Below are positions 25,951-40,487 of a stretch of DNA of 64,000 nt, piece after piece. Position numbers and translations under genes: made by a program. Source of the DNA: Macrostomum lignano (lineage: Eukaryota); the NCBI GenBank assembly GCA_002269645.1, contig NIVC01000247.1, positions 434,001-498,000 on the forward strand, in the 5' to 3' direction. The notes under the pieces were generated by a model that was not told where the DNA came from, made no database searches, and was given only the letters and a program-made list of their open reading frames with translations. The first letter of the stretch is position 1. The number at the start of each line of letters is the position of its first letter.

Positions 25951-26480
25951 GGAGTGTCTGTCTGTCTTAGTGTCTGTCTGCCATCTTAGTGTCTGTCTGT
26001 CTGTCTGTCCGTCGGAGTGTCTGTCTGTCTGTCTGCCGTCTTAGTGTCTGTCTGTCCGTCTTAGTGTCTGTCTGCCGTCTTAGTGTCTGTCTGTCCGTCT
26101 TAGTGTCTTAGTGTCTGCCTGTCTGTCTGCCGTCTTAGTGTCTGTCTGCCATCTTAGTGTCTGTCTGTTTGTCTTAGTGTCTGTCTGTCCGTCTTAGTGT
26201 CTTAGTGTCTGCCTGTTTGTCTGCCGTCTTAGTGTCTGTCTGTCCGTCTTAGTGTCTTAGTGTCTGCCTGTCTGTCTGCCGTCTTAGTGTCTGTCTGCCA
26301 TCTTTGTGTCTGTCTGTCCGTCTTAGTGTCTGTCTGTCCGTCTTAGTGTCTGTCTGTCCGTCTTAGTGTCTGTCTGTCTGCCGTCTTAGTGTCTGTCTGC
26401 CGTCTTAGTGTCTGTCTGCCGTCTTAGTGTTTTTCTGTCCGTCTTAGTGTCTGCTTAGTGTTTGTCTTAGTGTCTGTCTG

Positions 26481-26517
<37 letters not shown>

Positions 26518-29500
26518 GTCTGCATTCGAGTCTGTACTACAGTTCTGTTTTTTCTGCATATGTTTCCTCTCTCTATTAATGAAACTGGCCTTACAGAAGC
26601 ATTAAAAGAAAAACTGCAAAACGTGAATATTTGTCTGAAATTTATTGTCAACGTGGCGCTTCCAAAATAAGTGAGTAGGCTGAATAATCTGTGATAATTT
26701 TCCTATTGCCTGCCTATAGCCGTAGAAATGAGTACAGAGTTACATGTGGTGCTACTCAGAATGGCTAGCTACATTTAGTGAGCTGCTCAACTCATAAACT
26801 GATATAATATACCTACTTAATTACGTATCTAGGGACAGACAATGGACCTATATGATGCTGTTATTTTCAGCAGCCCCCGAGAGCAGTTGTAGAATCAAAG
26901 AAGCATCAATCTCACCCCGGCACGTGATGATTATTAGATTATAAAATGGCATCAAGGCTACCCAAAATAGCATTCTGAACATCCGTGAGGTTGCTCACCA
27001 TTGATTGCTCGCTAATATAATTGAATCCGTTTATGTAGATGCCAAGAAGAATAATGGTAGGACCAGCTGAAAACACGAAAATAATAGCATAAATAAGCCT
27101 TTTACATTAGTTTATGCTCATAATAAATAAAAAACCAGAAGTTTTAATTAAACCAAAAGATAATTAACAGAACAAATCACAAAAAAGGAAAATATTCGTT
27201 CCTTAACCACTGTCTGTGGCTAAAATAATTACACAAGCAGAGTACAGGCCAGTCATATAGACATTTTTATGAGTATTTCGGAAGTTGGTTTCATGCATAT
27301 AATGAATTCCACTTCATGATGGCTGTTATGACTTCGGCCATAGAACCATATCTATGCGAATGTGTGTATATTTTGAAAATTAATAGTACATTAATACCCA
27401 TGCTTTGTGGGCGTTAATGAGAAATCCTCGGACAAGGCCATACAGCGCCATAGACATTTGTGTCCTGGACAATTAGTGGGACAGAATAATCGGGCGTTAA
27501 ATGTCATAAAACCACTTTAAAGCTCACTTTCAGGGAGGTTATTGACATAGATTTTATTTCGCGGGATTTAATCGATCACTTTCCCGGACATATTGCAAGG
27601 ATTATTGTATGTATCCAAATAAGCGAGCTTCTCTCTTCTCTTACTTCGTGACTCAAGAAATTTCTTAATGAAATTTTGTCTATGGTAAGAATTTGGGGCT
27701 TCGCCCCCACACCCCCATCCCCAACTTCAACCATAGACATACAAGTATGGCTGCGGGATTTATCTGAATACATCCCGCAAAATTAAAGTAGTTTAAATAA
27801 GATATTCTATGGGTTTTTCGGTCGGATACCGACCTCAAACCCATAGAATATCTTATACTTAACTGCCCGCTAATTTGCATTAAAGTAAGTTTTTTAAGCA
27901 TTAAAGTCCTGCAAACGGGCTTAAATGTAGTCTATGGCATTAAAAGGCAAGAATAAGTGCCCAGCGGGCACAAAGGTCATGGTACAATTTAATTATATGG
28001 CCTTGTTTTAGCCGGATCAAAACGTTAATTTTGTCCTCATATGTCCAGAACCGATACTACAAGCTACATTAAAAAACTTAATACCTAAAACCAACAGAGC
28101 CATTGAATTAATTATCATTACAGATTTTAGAATTGCCAGGTCAAGTGGAAATTAGCCTATCAGAGCGCTTCCCAATATTAGCCCACATTGTTGCGCAATC
28201 ACAACGATGGATATAACTTGGACAGAGCAGCTGGGCATAAAGAGTACGAGCGTAATACACAGAATGAGTCTGCTACTTGAAATGACTATATGATTGCACT
28301 GGACTTGGTCTTTTTGCAACTAGTAATTTTTCTACCTGACCAGAGGAACCTATATCAAACTTCAAATCTCCAATCCAACACCTCAAACACGTTCAATTTA
28401 ACATCTGGCATGCGAACTCTCTCTCTATCTCTCTCTGCAATAAATTAGTCTCACTCAAACTCGGATGCGTTCTCTTGTTATAAGCGCTTGAGTCGACCAG
28501 TTTTTTGTAGAGTTCATAACTGAAATAATAATTATTAGACAAAATTAGACAGAAGATGTACAGTTCTAATAAAACACGCGATAAGCCGGTGCGGTCGTTA
28601 TTACGGGTGCAAAGTAAATTTACAACGACTATACAGTGCAGTGCTATGTATAAAAACTAAAAACTAATTAATTTTCTGCTGTTAATAGCAGGTGACACTG
28701 TGTGATAAACAGGCCGTATGAGCAAAGTTGTACCATTGGTCACAGGTCAATGCTTCTGCTCTGAGTTAGAGCAAGTGCTCAATTTTTGTATGAGCGTGTG
28801 AACAAAGATGTAGCTATGTGGAACTTTGAGCAAATTCTCATTCACCCGAACAGTTGCTCAGTTAATTGGAACCATAGACATAAATAGGTGTGAAAATCAA
28901 CTTCCTTTTCTTTACGGTTTAAAGTTCGCATTGGAAGCAAGCTGGTAGAAGAAATGTCGAGTCAAGACGAGAAGGACAAGATTTTCGTTCGGGCAGGTGG
29001 CTCTTCTTTTTGCAACAAATAACTCAGTCATGCTGACAGAGCAGTAGGAAATTATGATGCTGCTTATGGCCTGGGCAGGCCGTCGACTTTTGACTGAGAA
29101 AATGCGAAAAAATGCATTAAAACTTTTGTCTATGGGGCAGCGGTCGAAAAATTGTCTTATCAAAAGGGTCAGATAGAGAATCCAGAGCAAGACTGCAGCC
29201 AGAGGAGGGGAGAGAGAGGAATGGGAATAGAGAGGGGATAAGAGAGATAGGAGAAAGAGAGATGAGGGAATAGAGGAGAAGAGAGGAGAGGGGAGAGAAT
29301 GGTATGAGAAGGGAAATAAGAGGAGCGAAGAGAGAAGGAGAGGAGAGAAAAAGAGGAGAGAAGGAGAGGAGAGAAGGAGAGGAGAGAAGGAGAGGAGAGA
29401 AGGAGAGGAGAGAAGGAGAGGAGAGAAGGAGAGGAGAGAAGGAGAGGAGAGAAGGAGAGGAGAGAAGGAGAGGAGAGAAGGAGAGGAGAGAAGGAGAGGA

Positions 29501-30773
29501 GAGAAGGAGAGGAGAGAAGGAGAGGAGAGAAGGGAGAGGAGAGAAGAAGAGGATAGAAGGAGAGGAGAGAAGGAGAGGAGAGAAGAGAGAGGAGAGAAGG
29601 GAGAGGAGAGAAGAAGAGGATAGAAGGAGAGGAGAGAAGGAGAGGAGAGAAGGGAGAGGAGAGAAGGAGAGGAGAGAAGAGAGAGGAGAGAAGGGAGAGG
29701 AGAGAAGGAGAGGAGAGAAGGAGAGGAGAGAAGGAGAGGAGAGAAGGAGAGGAGAGAAGGAGAGGATAGAAGGAGAGGAGAGAAGGAGAGGAGAGAAGGA
29801 GAGGAGAGAAGGGAGTTGAGAAAGCAGAGGAGCGAGGAGAATAGAGAAAATAAGAGAGGACAGGAGAGAAGTGGAGTAGAGAGAAAAGGGGGATAAGAGA
29901 GGGAGAGGAGAATAGAGATGGGAGAGCCAAGAATTAAGAGGAGATTTGACTAGGGAGCAGAGAAGAACCAAACCTTGAGCGGCCCGGATTGCTATTTTGA
30001 TGTTTCAAAGGACCAGAGTTTATTCACACTGATGCGAGTCTCTACTCAGTCACAGGGCACTTGATCAAGATGTGAGCAGTGGCGTGATGATAGTTCTACT
30101 AGCTCGTAATATAGAAAAAAATAAGGAGAACAGATTTACAACGAGCATGCAAAGAAGAGTCTAGCAGATCACGCTAGCAACTGACTTTTATTCGGCGAGT
30201 TTCGCTTGTCGTACTTGGTTTCCGCAATAAAGCTAAAAAATGAACGGCTTTGTTTGGTCAAACTCCAATTCCGCAACAATTTCCGTGTTAGCTCAGTTCG
30301 CGTCTGCATTTTCTCATTTCCTTTCAAACGATTTTTAGGTAGCTTTATAAGCCTTATTTTGCCAAGTAGGTCGTTATTTACTGCCAAAAATCTTAGAACT
30401 GAAAGCGAACTGCTTGAATCCAATGAATATGAGAACGATTCAATGCAGTATAGAGACCATGCAGTTTTTTCCAGTGTCTGTGAGTTTACTTGAGAATAGT
30501 CATGTAAGCATGGATTAAGATAAATGAATGTCAACATAGTTCTTCTATCATATTCAATAAACAGACCTTTACAAAACTTTATTCAAAACTTTACACAAGA
30601 TTATCATTATGGGCAAAATTAAACAACACAAAGCAATGAATGGATTTAGCTTACCTTGTTATATTCATTACGCATTCTGCCGAGGCGCGGGAGAACAGAA
30701 TGCAGCAAATACCAACCACTGACAGCCTGATTGTCTGGCAGGGGCCGCTTGATTGACAGCTCCGGCCGTTCAT
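20862..30773 (-). CDS. Anion-selective Cys-loop ligand-gated ion channel subunit (glycine-receptor/GluCl-like), ~451 aa; complement(join(20862..21122,23015..23179,23446..23675,23806..23937,24249..24331,24941..25030,25499..25641,26999..27066,28455..28519,30655..30773))
   Basis: Signal peptide ([17 protein letters not shown]), YNKRTHP helix-1 motif, loop [12 protein letters not shown], Cys-loop [15 protein letters not shown], loop [15 protein letters not shown]1 [25 protein letters not shown] anion filter, TM3 [14 protein letters not shown] and TM4 [13 protein letters not shown]. All 9 introns are GT-AG with compatible phases. The 68-bp and 83-bp exons match sizes familiar from GABA/Gly receptor genes. 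Confidence 0.93.
21575..22335. repeat. G-rich 21-bp minisatellite (GGCAGGCCGGAGGCAGGGTGG)n in the last channel intron
   Basis: About 35 units with GGG/GGGG runs; source of four low-complexity pseudo-ORFs. Confidence 0.97.
25090..25430. repeat. 17-bp minisatellite (GAGCGTCTATAGATCTG)n, intronic
   Basis: Units visible between the channel exons at 25030 and 25499. Confidence 0.93.
25700..26520. repeat. Compound (TCTG)n/(GTCTTAGT)n satellite, intronic
   Basis: TCTG runs interspersed with CTTAGTGT; reverse-complement relative of the 15445-16495 array. Confidence 0.93.
27448..27937. mobile_element. Two adjacent probable MITEs bounded by CCATAGAC...GTCTATGG (27448-27685 and 27731-27937)
   Basis: Inverted 8-mer termini in the correct orientation, about 240 and 210 bp apart. 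No clear TSD. Confidence 0.4.
28872..29135. mobile_element. Probable MITE bounded by CCATAGACA...TGTCTATGG
   Basis: Same termini as 27448-27937, 264 bp apart. Confidence 0.4.
29200..29960. repeat. Polypurine satellite (GAGAGGAGAGAAG)n
   Basis: 13-bp purine units; gives LLSSPS/ERRRGE pseudo-ORFs. Confidence 0.96.
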
Positions 30774-30811
30774 TGACAGGTCGCTGAGGGATGGAGATAA
30801 GCTTGCTTGCT

Positions 30812-31075
<264 letters not shown>

Positions 31076-34000
31076 TTATATCTGTCTGTAAATTGGAACT
31101 ACACGACCAGCATGTCTAAATTTGACCCCAGAGGGACAAGTCAAATAAAGAAATTAGCTGCCTCGCTCCTGGGTGGTGTAATCTTGCATTCTGTAGTCAT
31201 ATTTTTAACAAACAATCTTAAAGAGTAAAGAGAATGGAAAAAGACTTGTAGGCCTACTAGTCGCCCAAGCAAGAGACCGCAATTTTGTTTGACTGTACAG
31301 ATTTCAACGCTCGAGCACAGGATTGTTGACCAGCCGAGGGCACACAGCGCGGCAATATTTGCCGGTCAAATTCGATCGAGAATGGGAGAGAAGACTAAAG
31401 ATAGGAGCGAACATATTGGCCCTGGCGGCAATGCTCAGAGGAAAGCCGACCCAGTCCACTCTGTTCAGGTTTCAGTCACACTATATTAGTCTCCCTGTGC
31501 CTTACTCTCGCAGCCAAATGGTCTTCCCTTATTTTCTGCTTTTAGATCGAGCTGTTGAACTGCGAGTTAGTTGCCTGCCTAATAGTGCACAGTGTAATTT
31601 CTGTATTGGTTTGCTGTTCTGTGCTTTTTTGGGCCTATGGTGTATTGTATATTGTTAAACCCTTAATACTTTAAAACGGAGTAAGATGCTCAAATGATTA
31701 CACTTCTGAGCATAAGTCTGAATCACCGATTCGCAGAAAGTATATTGGTATTTTTTGCTGTAATACACGCGAGACGTATTGAATATTCTAACGTTACTCG
31801 ATTTGAGGCCTTGTTATATGAAGTCTGACCATAGACTGAGACATTTTCCGTAGTAAGCGGAACATCCTACGGAAAAGAAGGGCCTACGGGAAAAAAGCTA
31901 GGTTAAATTCTAATTTGCATACAACTACAAGCTATGCATGCACTGTATAGTTTATTAAAGAATATACCAAATTATAGCAGTCCATATTTGAAAGTGCGCG
32001 CTCTTAATGGAAGCAGAGTTGTAGAAAAATTCTAATTTCTATCACCCTTTGGGAATTCGTTATTGACCTCTTAAATTCTGGTAGAAATTGCTTCAAGATA
32101 TCCTTTCCGCCTAATCCCATCTAACTCGGCAAGTTCGTTGAGCTGTTTGAGAAATTTTCCTTCCCCGGAGCGGGCAACAGTCATCGGGTCAAAGCCTCAT
32201 TTTGGCGCTAGTTTGAAAACTCGAGGATTAGAAATATTGTATCCAATAGTGAACTTGCAGTTGCGCGATTGGCGACCCCGTCGCAAGGAGACCCGGAAAC
32301 CAGAACCTGGAGTAAAGAAAATCTTCTCCCAGTCAAGTTTCTGTGTTGTATTTGACCCAATCTGTCTTTAGGTTCTGTTGGATTTGCATGTAAGCTTTGA
32401 TATCCGTTTTCTAACTTTGGCCCATAGTTTTCACAGACAGAGATTTGGAGAAGATCTGCTGCTCCAGAATCTGCTTCTGGGTGTCCTTGCACAGAGTCGG
32501 CAGGGGTGGACTGTGACTTGGGATATGAGGGAAGAAAAAAGATGGCGTGACTGAGGAGCCAAAGGGGAGCGGGGAAGCCGAGCACTTCAGTAGCCTTTTT
32601 TCGGCAAGAATTTCATGTAGGCAGAGAAAACCGCAGATCCCTGATATCGGCAGTAGAGATGACCCTGATAGCTGCATGGCTTGGAGCTGTGACGGGAGAA
32701 AAACGATTGTACCAATAAAGTCCTTAGCTTCCCATTGCAACGTTGCATTCGAAGCTTTTCGACTGGAATCAGCCCTGTCAAGGAGGTTTAGAACCAGATC
32801 TGGAGTAGGAACTCTAACCTCAGTCTATAATTTTTGCACGGCAGACAGCCGAATTTTTTTAATTCATTTTTTTGTTAAAATTATAATTTACTTTGAGTGA
32901 TTTATTACAACTAGGTCTGATTTGAAATCTGAGAGCTAGTTTAAACAAACCCAGAGAAAGTAAAAAGCCTACCATATTGAAATTTTTTGTTGAAAATTCC
33001 AATATTTCTTAAATTATTTTATTTGTAAAAGTTTCATTGGTAAATCTTTCGAATTTGAGAGTTGAGAGTTTGAGAGTTGCTATTCCAGGTTCTAGTTAAA
33101 GAACTTCTTGATCCAGAATCTTCGATAGTTGCTGCCCGCAGCAGCAGTGATTTATGACACCCCCGATTGGCCCTAGGAAGCTCAGTCTGGCGTGAAAGAC
33201 GGCCGGATATGTCTGTGAGTCGGTGGGAAAAAACTAAAATAGAACGGACCTACTAGCGCAATCCTTTGAATTGCATGGTTTTCTGCACTTATGCATGCGA
33301 TGCTTGAAACTGCCTGATTTTTTAATTGCTCTCTAGGGAATATTTCACAAATCAAGATTTTGGGAGATTATCCGCAAAGACGGATTAGAAGCTATATTAT
33401 GCCGGTAGCTACTCTTTGTAATAGATCGGTCTCTAAAAGCTGGGAAGAGTGCAAAATAATTTAACCTTTTTAACGTTGCCTCACAATATTGTGCAATGCT
33501 ACAGTAATTCTAATTCAGCACATTTCTCTTTTAAAGCATTTCAATAATCATTTTTATTGTATGAATAAACCTCCTGAGTATAATATTAATAAATTCCTAA
33601 TTTGAAAAGCAATTATTACAATAATCATATTAATCGTTTTATAAAGAAATAAATTGACAGAAAAAAATCTCTATTTTAAATGTTTTTATTTGTTTTAATA
33701 GATCCAAAATACTCGTAAATTCAGCCATCGTAGATCTTTGTGTAAGCTTCTCTGAATCGATTTCTTAGAATCGAATCATAAAATAATAATAAAGCTATAT
33801 GTGAATAAATTTTGGATTCATCACCCAATTGATGTTTTACTGCGATTTTTTTTCGTTTTAGGTATTCCATTGGAACTTTCGAATCGTCTTTAATTGAGAC
33901 TGTCTTTATACTTTTTCCGGAATTATGTACGAGTATATGTAAGCTAGTTTTCTATTGCGTTCAAACTAAAACCAGTGAAATTGGAACGGAGGAAGAAGTA

Positions 34001-34214
34001 TTGCTTTTGTCAAAGACAGAGAAAGGCAAACCTAGATCATGGCGTACTGTCTGTGGCCCAACCTATCTTTATCCGATGGGATTTTAACTGTCCGCGTTGA
34101 ACTATAACTTAGCATGACGAAAGTAATATTTATAGACTCAACCAATCAATGTAATTGAAGCGGGACTTTCCAAACAGTTGGGCCATAGCTATTTCGCAAA
34201 TGAGCAATCCATGA

Positions 34215-34567
34215 TTTTTTTTTTTTAGAGGCAGGGGGTTGTGTGCACCTTGGCGCAATTTAAGCGTCATTGGCACACAACCGGCGAGAGGCCGCCGACT
34301 CCCCTGAGCAGGCATACAAGCGCGCGGATACGTTACGCAGGCACACACTCACACAGGAGTGTACATGTACAGCGGCCCTAACTTTATCAATTGTTAGGCA
34401 TGTACACTTCACTGCGCCTTGGGGGGGTTGGCTCTCAAGGCCGTTAATTGCACAAGCGAGCCAAGCCAAGATTCCAATCCAGCCCCAAATTAATGTGGCT
34501 GCACTTGGAATCGAGCCTGGGTCGCGGCACACCAGAGCAGCTGCGCTACCGCTGGGCTACGGCCCCC
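34215..34567 (-). mobile_element. tRNA-derived SINE family A, copy 2
   Basis: Reverse complement of 15608-15970. Poly-T (A tail) at 34215-34226. Exact TSD AGCAATCCATGA(T) at 34203-34215 and 34568-34580. Confidence 0.9.
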
Positions 34568-35929
34568 AGCAATCCATGATACTTCTTAATCTATGCTCAT
34601 GGCTTGGCTACTCATCGTGAAAACTCAATGATTGTCTGTCTCTAAAACCATAGAAACAATCTACCATTGTGGACATTGATATATAGATATAGAAAAAAAT
34701 ATAAAACGTCTATGAAATACACAGACTGTCTGTCACAGACAGATTTTTACTATTGCTAATATTGTAGATCTCTCAATGACCCCCGTAGAATTTTCCATCC
34801 CCAAAAACTCTCCCTTTACTAAACTTTCCCTTCATTATCCAGGGATTTTAGGCATTAAAAGCAGCAAATTACCTTGAACAATAATCATGATAAGAGGGAC
34901 GTCAGGGAGTGCCTGACGGGTGTCCAGAGTTAGACTTTACGCAAGCACTCTCTGGTACAATTAATCATTAATGAGCTGGTGAGCTGGTAGGCTGAGTGCC
35001 ATCCAGTGGTGAGTTTGACTTGCGGGGGTGGCTTTTCAAAACTTCAATGGGAAAAGCGAAATTAGTTCCGTTGTATTAGCAGCAGCAATGGCAGCTGACC
35101 AGTTGCAGAAAAGTCTGAGGAATTGCAAGTTAAACAGCTCAAGCTGCCTGCTGTCTCACTCCCGCCCTTCTGTGTCTCTGTTGGACTGATGGACTCAGGG
35201 CTGTGGGTGTAGGTAAGGGATGAGTTTGAAGAGCTGAAAGAAAGACGCCTAAAATAGACATGGCAAAGGCGGCAAGTGGGTCTGAGCAGATCCCAAGAAG
35301 GAGGCCTTGAGTAGATTAGAGCTGAGCAGTCATTGCTCACGCGAGCTAGATGTCTTTCGTCACGCAACCCTCCCTCCTTCCCTCTCGCGTCTTCAACAAG
35401 CGGCACTTGCTGGCAAAGAGTGGGTGGTGGGCCACTCTCCACACCCTGCTTGCTCCGATTCTCAGCACTAGGGTGCATGAGGGGCGACTCAAAGTGCGAC
35501 TCACTACCCCGACATATGACCGGACTCTTCGTTTGCTCATTTTTTGTTTCCGAGACTTCGGAACTCTTGGGCGAGACCGGCTTGATTTGGCGGGCTTATG
35601 AAATCCATCGCCTATGGGAGGTGGGCACTTAACTGGGCTGCCTGCAGACGCTATAAATAAATATTCTGTTAGTGCTGTGTACTCTCGTTTCGTTCTCTGG
35701 TAGCTAGCGAGAGAAATAATTGAACAGATATGCAGAGCTGAATCTGTTGTGTGTAGAAATAAATAAAAAATTCGCCAATTAGAGACAAGTACTATAAGAC
35801 AATCAAACAGAGAGACAGACAGACCGACAGACAGACAGGCGGACAGAGAGACACTAAGCAAGGACCACTAGGACAAATATTTTTGCACGATTTGCAAGTG
35901 TTGCGTCCTTCAAGTCTAGTAGTCCTTGA

Positions 35930-36480
<551 letters not shown>

Positions 36481-36754
36481 CGACAGGCAAACTCAATCTT
36501 GACTCAATGGATCCAGTTGGACTTTAAACTCATGCAGTGATTGAATTTAAAACAACACTTCTTCATCCCGTTTTATTGATTCAACCAGACATTGGGAAGC
36601 TGACGGAAAACTTTCCAAACTAAATCAGATTTAAGTAGAAAAAAGTTTGTTTGATTGATCATCCCACTGTTGGCCCAGAATTTATTCGGTGGAAGTTTGA
36701 ATTCACACATGGACTCTCTGACTGTTTACCTGCCTATCTTCCTGACTGCCTGCC

Positions 36755-37150
<396 letters not shown>

Positions 37151-38787
37151 CGTTTGTCCAGCCCTTCAGCAGTCTCGAGAATTTGCTCCAGCTGCACGCG
37201 GTGTCAATTGGCCAGTTCTGAAGCAACTCAACTAAAATCGATCAAGCCGCTTCAGCAGCTAACAAGTGGCTAATTAGAAAGTCGAGGTGAATCGCATCGC
37301 ATTTCCCGCGCAGAGCATCCAGCCAGCGACCTCTCTTGGTTAAATTAGTCCTCCGTCAAAAAGTGAATTCTACTTAGAATCTAAGCTTCAGATCTTTTTT
37401 ATTCTTAGCTAATAAGTTTCTCAATAATTGCTAAAGTTTTAATTAGGCATGTCGATGAAAAAAAATTGCGAAAAGAGGATCCAAGCCAGCCCACCGGGAA
37501 AAAAGTTAGTTTGGATTTTCTTTCCAGCGTGACTGCTTTTTGGACACAGGGAGCGGGGAGTTTCTTTCCGCCCTGTTTTTTTTCCCGCTGGTGCAGATCT
37601 GGGCCACCTTTTTCAGGATCCCAGCGCAGTCAGGGAAGTCACTTGAACTGCGGGACAACTGTTTATCGGGGGAAGAGAAAAGGAAAACTGCCGTCAATTT
37701 TTTTCCCGGCAGAAAGCTGGGATGCCGCTGCGTTCGTTCGCTTCTCCGTTTAGTGGAAACTGCATCCTTGCTGTCCGTTCCGGATCTGGCTCTGTGGCTT
37801 AAATGGGAGGAAAGCGAAAGCAGCGAAAATTAGCTGGCCATGTGTATCGATTTTTCAAGGTGCAAGTGGCGGATTTGCGCTAAAGTTTGTCTGTCGCCTG
37901 GCAGTTGCACCGCTCAGTGGGTTATGCAACACTGGGTATGTCCAGATTGTTACATACTAAAGCCATTATGTATGCTTTTGGTCCTGCTGCTTGCCTGTCT
38001 CTGTTTTAGTCTAAATATTGTTCTTCTTAGTCTCATTTCGTCTCTGGGTATCGATTTTCTAATGAAATTGTTTTCAGATACCCAAGGCCCACGGTGCCTT
38101 GTGCAGCTTCAAGTGTAGCCCCATCAGTCAATATTTACCCAGTCTCACCTTCTTAGCTAAACAAGAACCGACTGAATGCTCCCACACGGAGCGCCTGTAA
38201 TGTACTTGGCTAATTGATTCTAATAATAATATTGCCTATGCTGAGAGTCTCAAAACCCTAACTAATTAAAACCTTCCATAAGTTGAGTTTGTCAACTAAA
38301 CATTGGTTGCTTTGTTAAGGATATGTGCCCTCATACCAACTCAGCTGCGGATAGATGTTAAGCCACAACTATCTGTTATCCTCTTGAGTCCGAGTCTTAC
38401 CCTATACGGTTTTGCTGATATTGATTTGCACGAGTAAGCCAAATCCGTCAATGAGCTGTTGCAGATCCCACGGAGCCCAGAGCCGTCTCAACCCGAGGGG
38501 CGGTGAGAGACACACACACACTGATTAGTACGAGTACAACTCAAAGCTGGGGAATTAGCTCCCTCCGCGTGAAAGACGGATAGAAACTGCTCAACAATAT
38601 TGTCGATACGGGCTGGCAGGAAGCCACTAGAGCTACGCTTGAGTTTATCCTAAGCAGCGGCGATCGAAAAAAGACGATGGGAGAAGCTTTGTTTTACCCT
38701 CCTATTTCTTCTCTTTTATCCCGTCTCTTCCGCTCTTCTTTTACCTTGCCAGTACTACATGTATAATAGGCAAATATTTATTTTTAC

Positions 38788-39025
38788 TGTAGCCTAGTAT
38801 TAGAGCGTCGGAGTCACGACTTGATGATCGGGGGTTCGATTCCCGATCCAACAATTTGTGTCCTTGAGCAAGACACTTAACTCTTGCATTGATTTAGGTT
38901 CACCCAGCTGTCAAAATGGGTGCTAGGATTTGTCACTAAATGTGTGGCGACCACCGCAGTCCTTGGACTGAACAGCAGCTGCGGCTGAGCTGTCGGTTGC
39001 ACATCTGAAGGTGTAATCAATTATT
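38788..39025 (+). mobile_element. tRNA-derived SINE family B, copy 1 (conserved-core type)
   Basis: B box GGTTCGATTCCC, central GTCCTTGAGCAAGACACTTAACTC...CACCCAGCTGTCAAAATGGGTG core, ATT-rich tail. An inverted homologue lies at 40190-40487. Confidence 0.75.
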
Positions 39026-40189
39026 ATTAGTATCACTGTGATAGACATGCATGCTTGCCTAGTCACTGGCTGCGTGTTCGCTGGTGTCTCGGATCTACGC
39101 TCGTAAAAAGCTCACTGACGAATAACTAACTAAACTTGCCTTCTCAACTTCTCGAAGCCTAACTTAACACCGATAAAAACTAGCTCGAGAAGAGTTTTAC
39201 TATCGTGAAGAAAGTGATGAAAATGCAGACTAATACATGTAGTTCACGAACTGGCATGGCTTGGCATGGTGGTATTGGAGGAAGAGAAGGAAAGGGAAAG
39301 GCCTAATTTTGGGTAATTTGTCTTTGAGAGGCCAACAGTACAGTCTGCTCAGGAAAGGTCATTATCCATGAGCCGCACAGCAACTAAGAGTGTTCTTCTG
39401 CATTGGTGGCAGAACACTTTCGGCATTCATGTCAGAGGATAATTTTCCCCTTCATCCTGGTTTCATCATCACATCGCTCTCCTATCCCAAATTTTTTCTT
39501 CACGCGGCGGGTTCATTGGATTTTTCATCCGGTTCGGCATGTCGGGCTGGTTAAGTTTCCTGAAAAGTGCTGGCCCGATCGCTAGACAAGATCCCTGCAC
39601 CCGCCTTGGTTCCGTGGGAGCGGCGGCGCTGCATTTCTGTTAGAGAAGGAATTTGTGCATGCAATGCGCAGTTGCTCGGGGGATTGACCATCTATGAGAA
39701 AAATGAGGATCAGCAACAGCACGTTGCCTATGGCCTTATTTTCGGCGAATCTTTGAAATAAATATCGACATCAAAATTTATAGTCCTGAGATACATATGA
39801 TTGAATTTTGAGCTAGATGACAATTCAATTCTTACTCACAAAGTAACTAAGAGCAGTACGATTTTCTTAGAAATGAGATGTAGGCCGGTAAGTAATGTGG
39901 GCTCTCATTTTTTGCTGACCCCGAGGACACACTCACACGCAGATATACACTGTAGTTAGTTCGGTAGTGAACATTATAACATTCTGCACTATGCAAAGTG
40001 GTGATGCTACTTGCAAACGCTTTCATGAACCGCTGTTAACATTTTCACCTCTCTGAAACCGGGTGCACTTGTGTTGGCTGCTGCAAGTATAAATTATGTA
40101 GACAGGCACATAAATATACGCAAAATGATGTATGGCACTACAAATCGCACATCAAACTGATTTTTTGAACAATAATGATGATTAATAAT

Positions 40190-40487
40190 AGCTGATTGCA
40201 TCTGCCCTAATGGGCAGATGTACAACCGACCGCTCAGCCGCAGCTATTTTCGCGGCTTATCAGAAGGCTGCGTACGGCTGTTCAGTCCAAGGACTGGGGG
40301 GTCGCCACACACACTCTTAATTAGCCCAGCTAATGCTGGCACCCATTTTACAGCTGAGTGAACTGAAACAGAGTTAAAAGTATTGCTCAAGGACTCAAAT
40401 TGTTCCGAGTGGAATCGGATCGGGAATCGAAACCCCGACCTTCAAGTCGTGAGTCGATCCGACGCTCTAACCACTCTGCAAATTACT
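40190..40487 (-). mobile_element. tRNA-derived SINE family B, copy 2
   Basis: On the - strand it reads TTGCAGAGTGG (A box), GTTTCGATTCCC (B box) and GTCCTTGAGCAATACTTTTAACTC. 3' hairpin CATCTGCCC-TAAT-GGGCAGATG (40199-40220) followed by an ATT-rich tail. Confidence 0.78.

Noticed and set aside
28912-29190. 92-aa - strand ORF as a channel exon
   Set aside because: The true exon (28455-28519) already completes the reading frame. This ORF lies in a CCATAGAC-bounded element.
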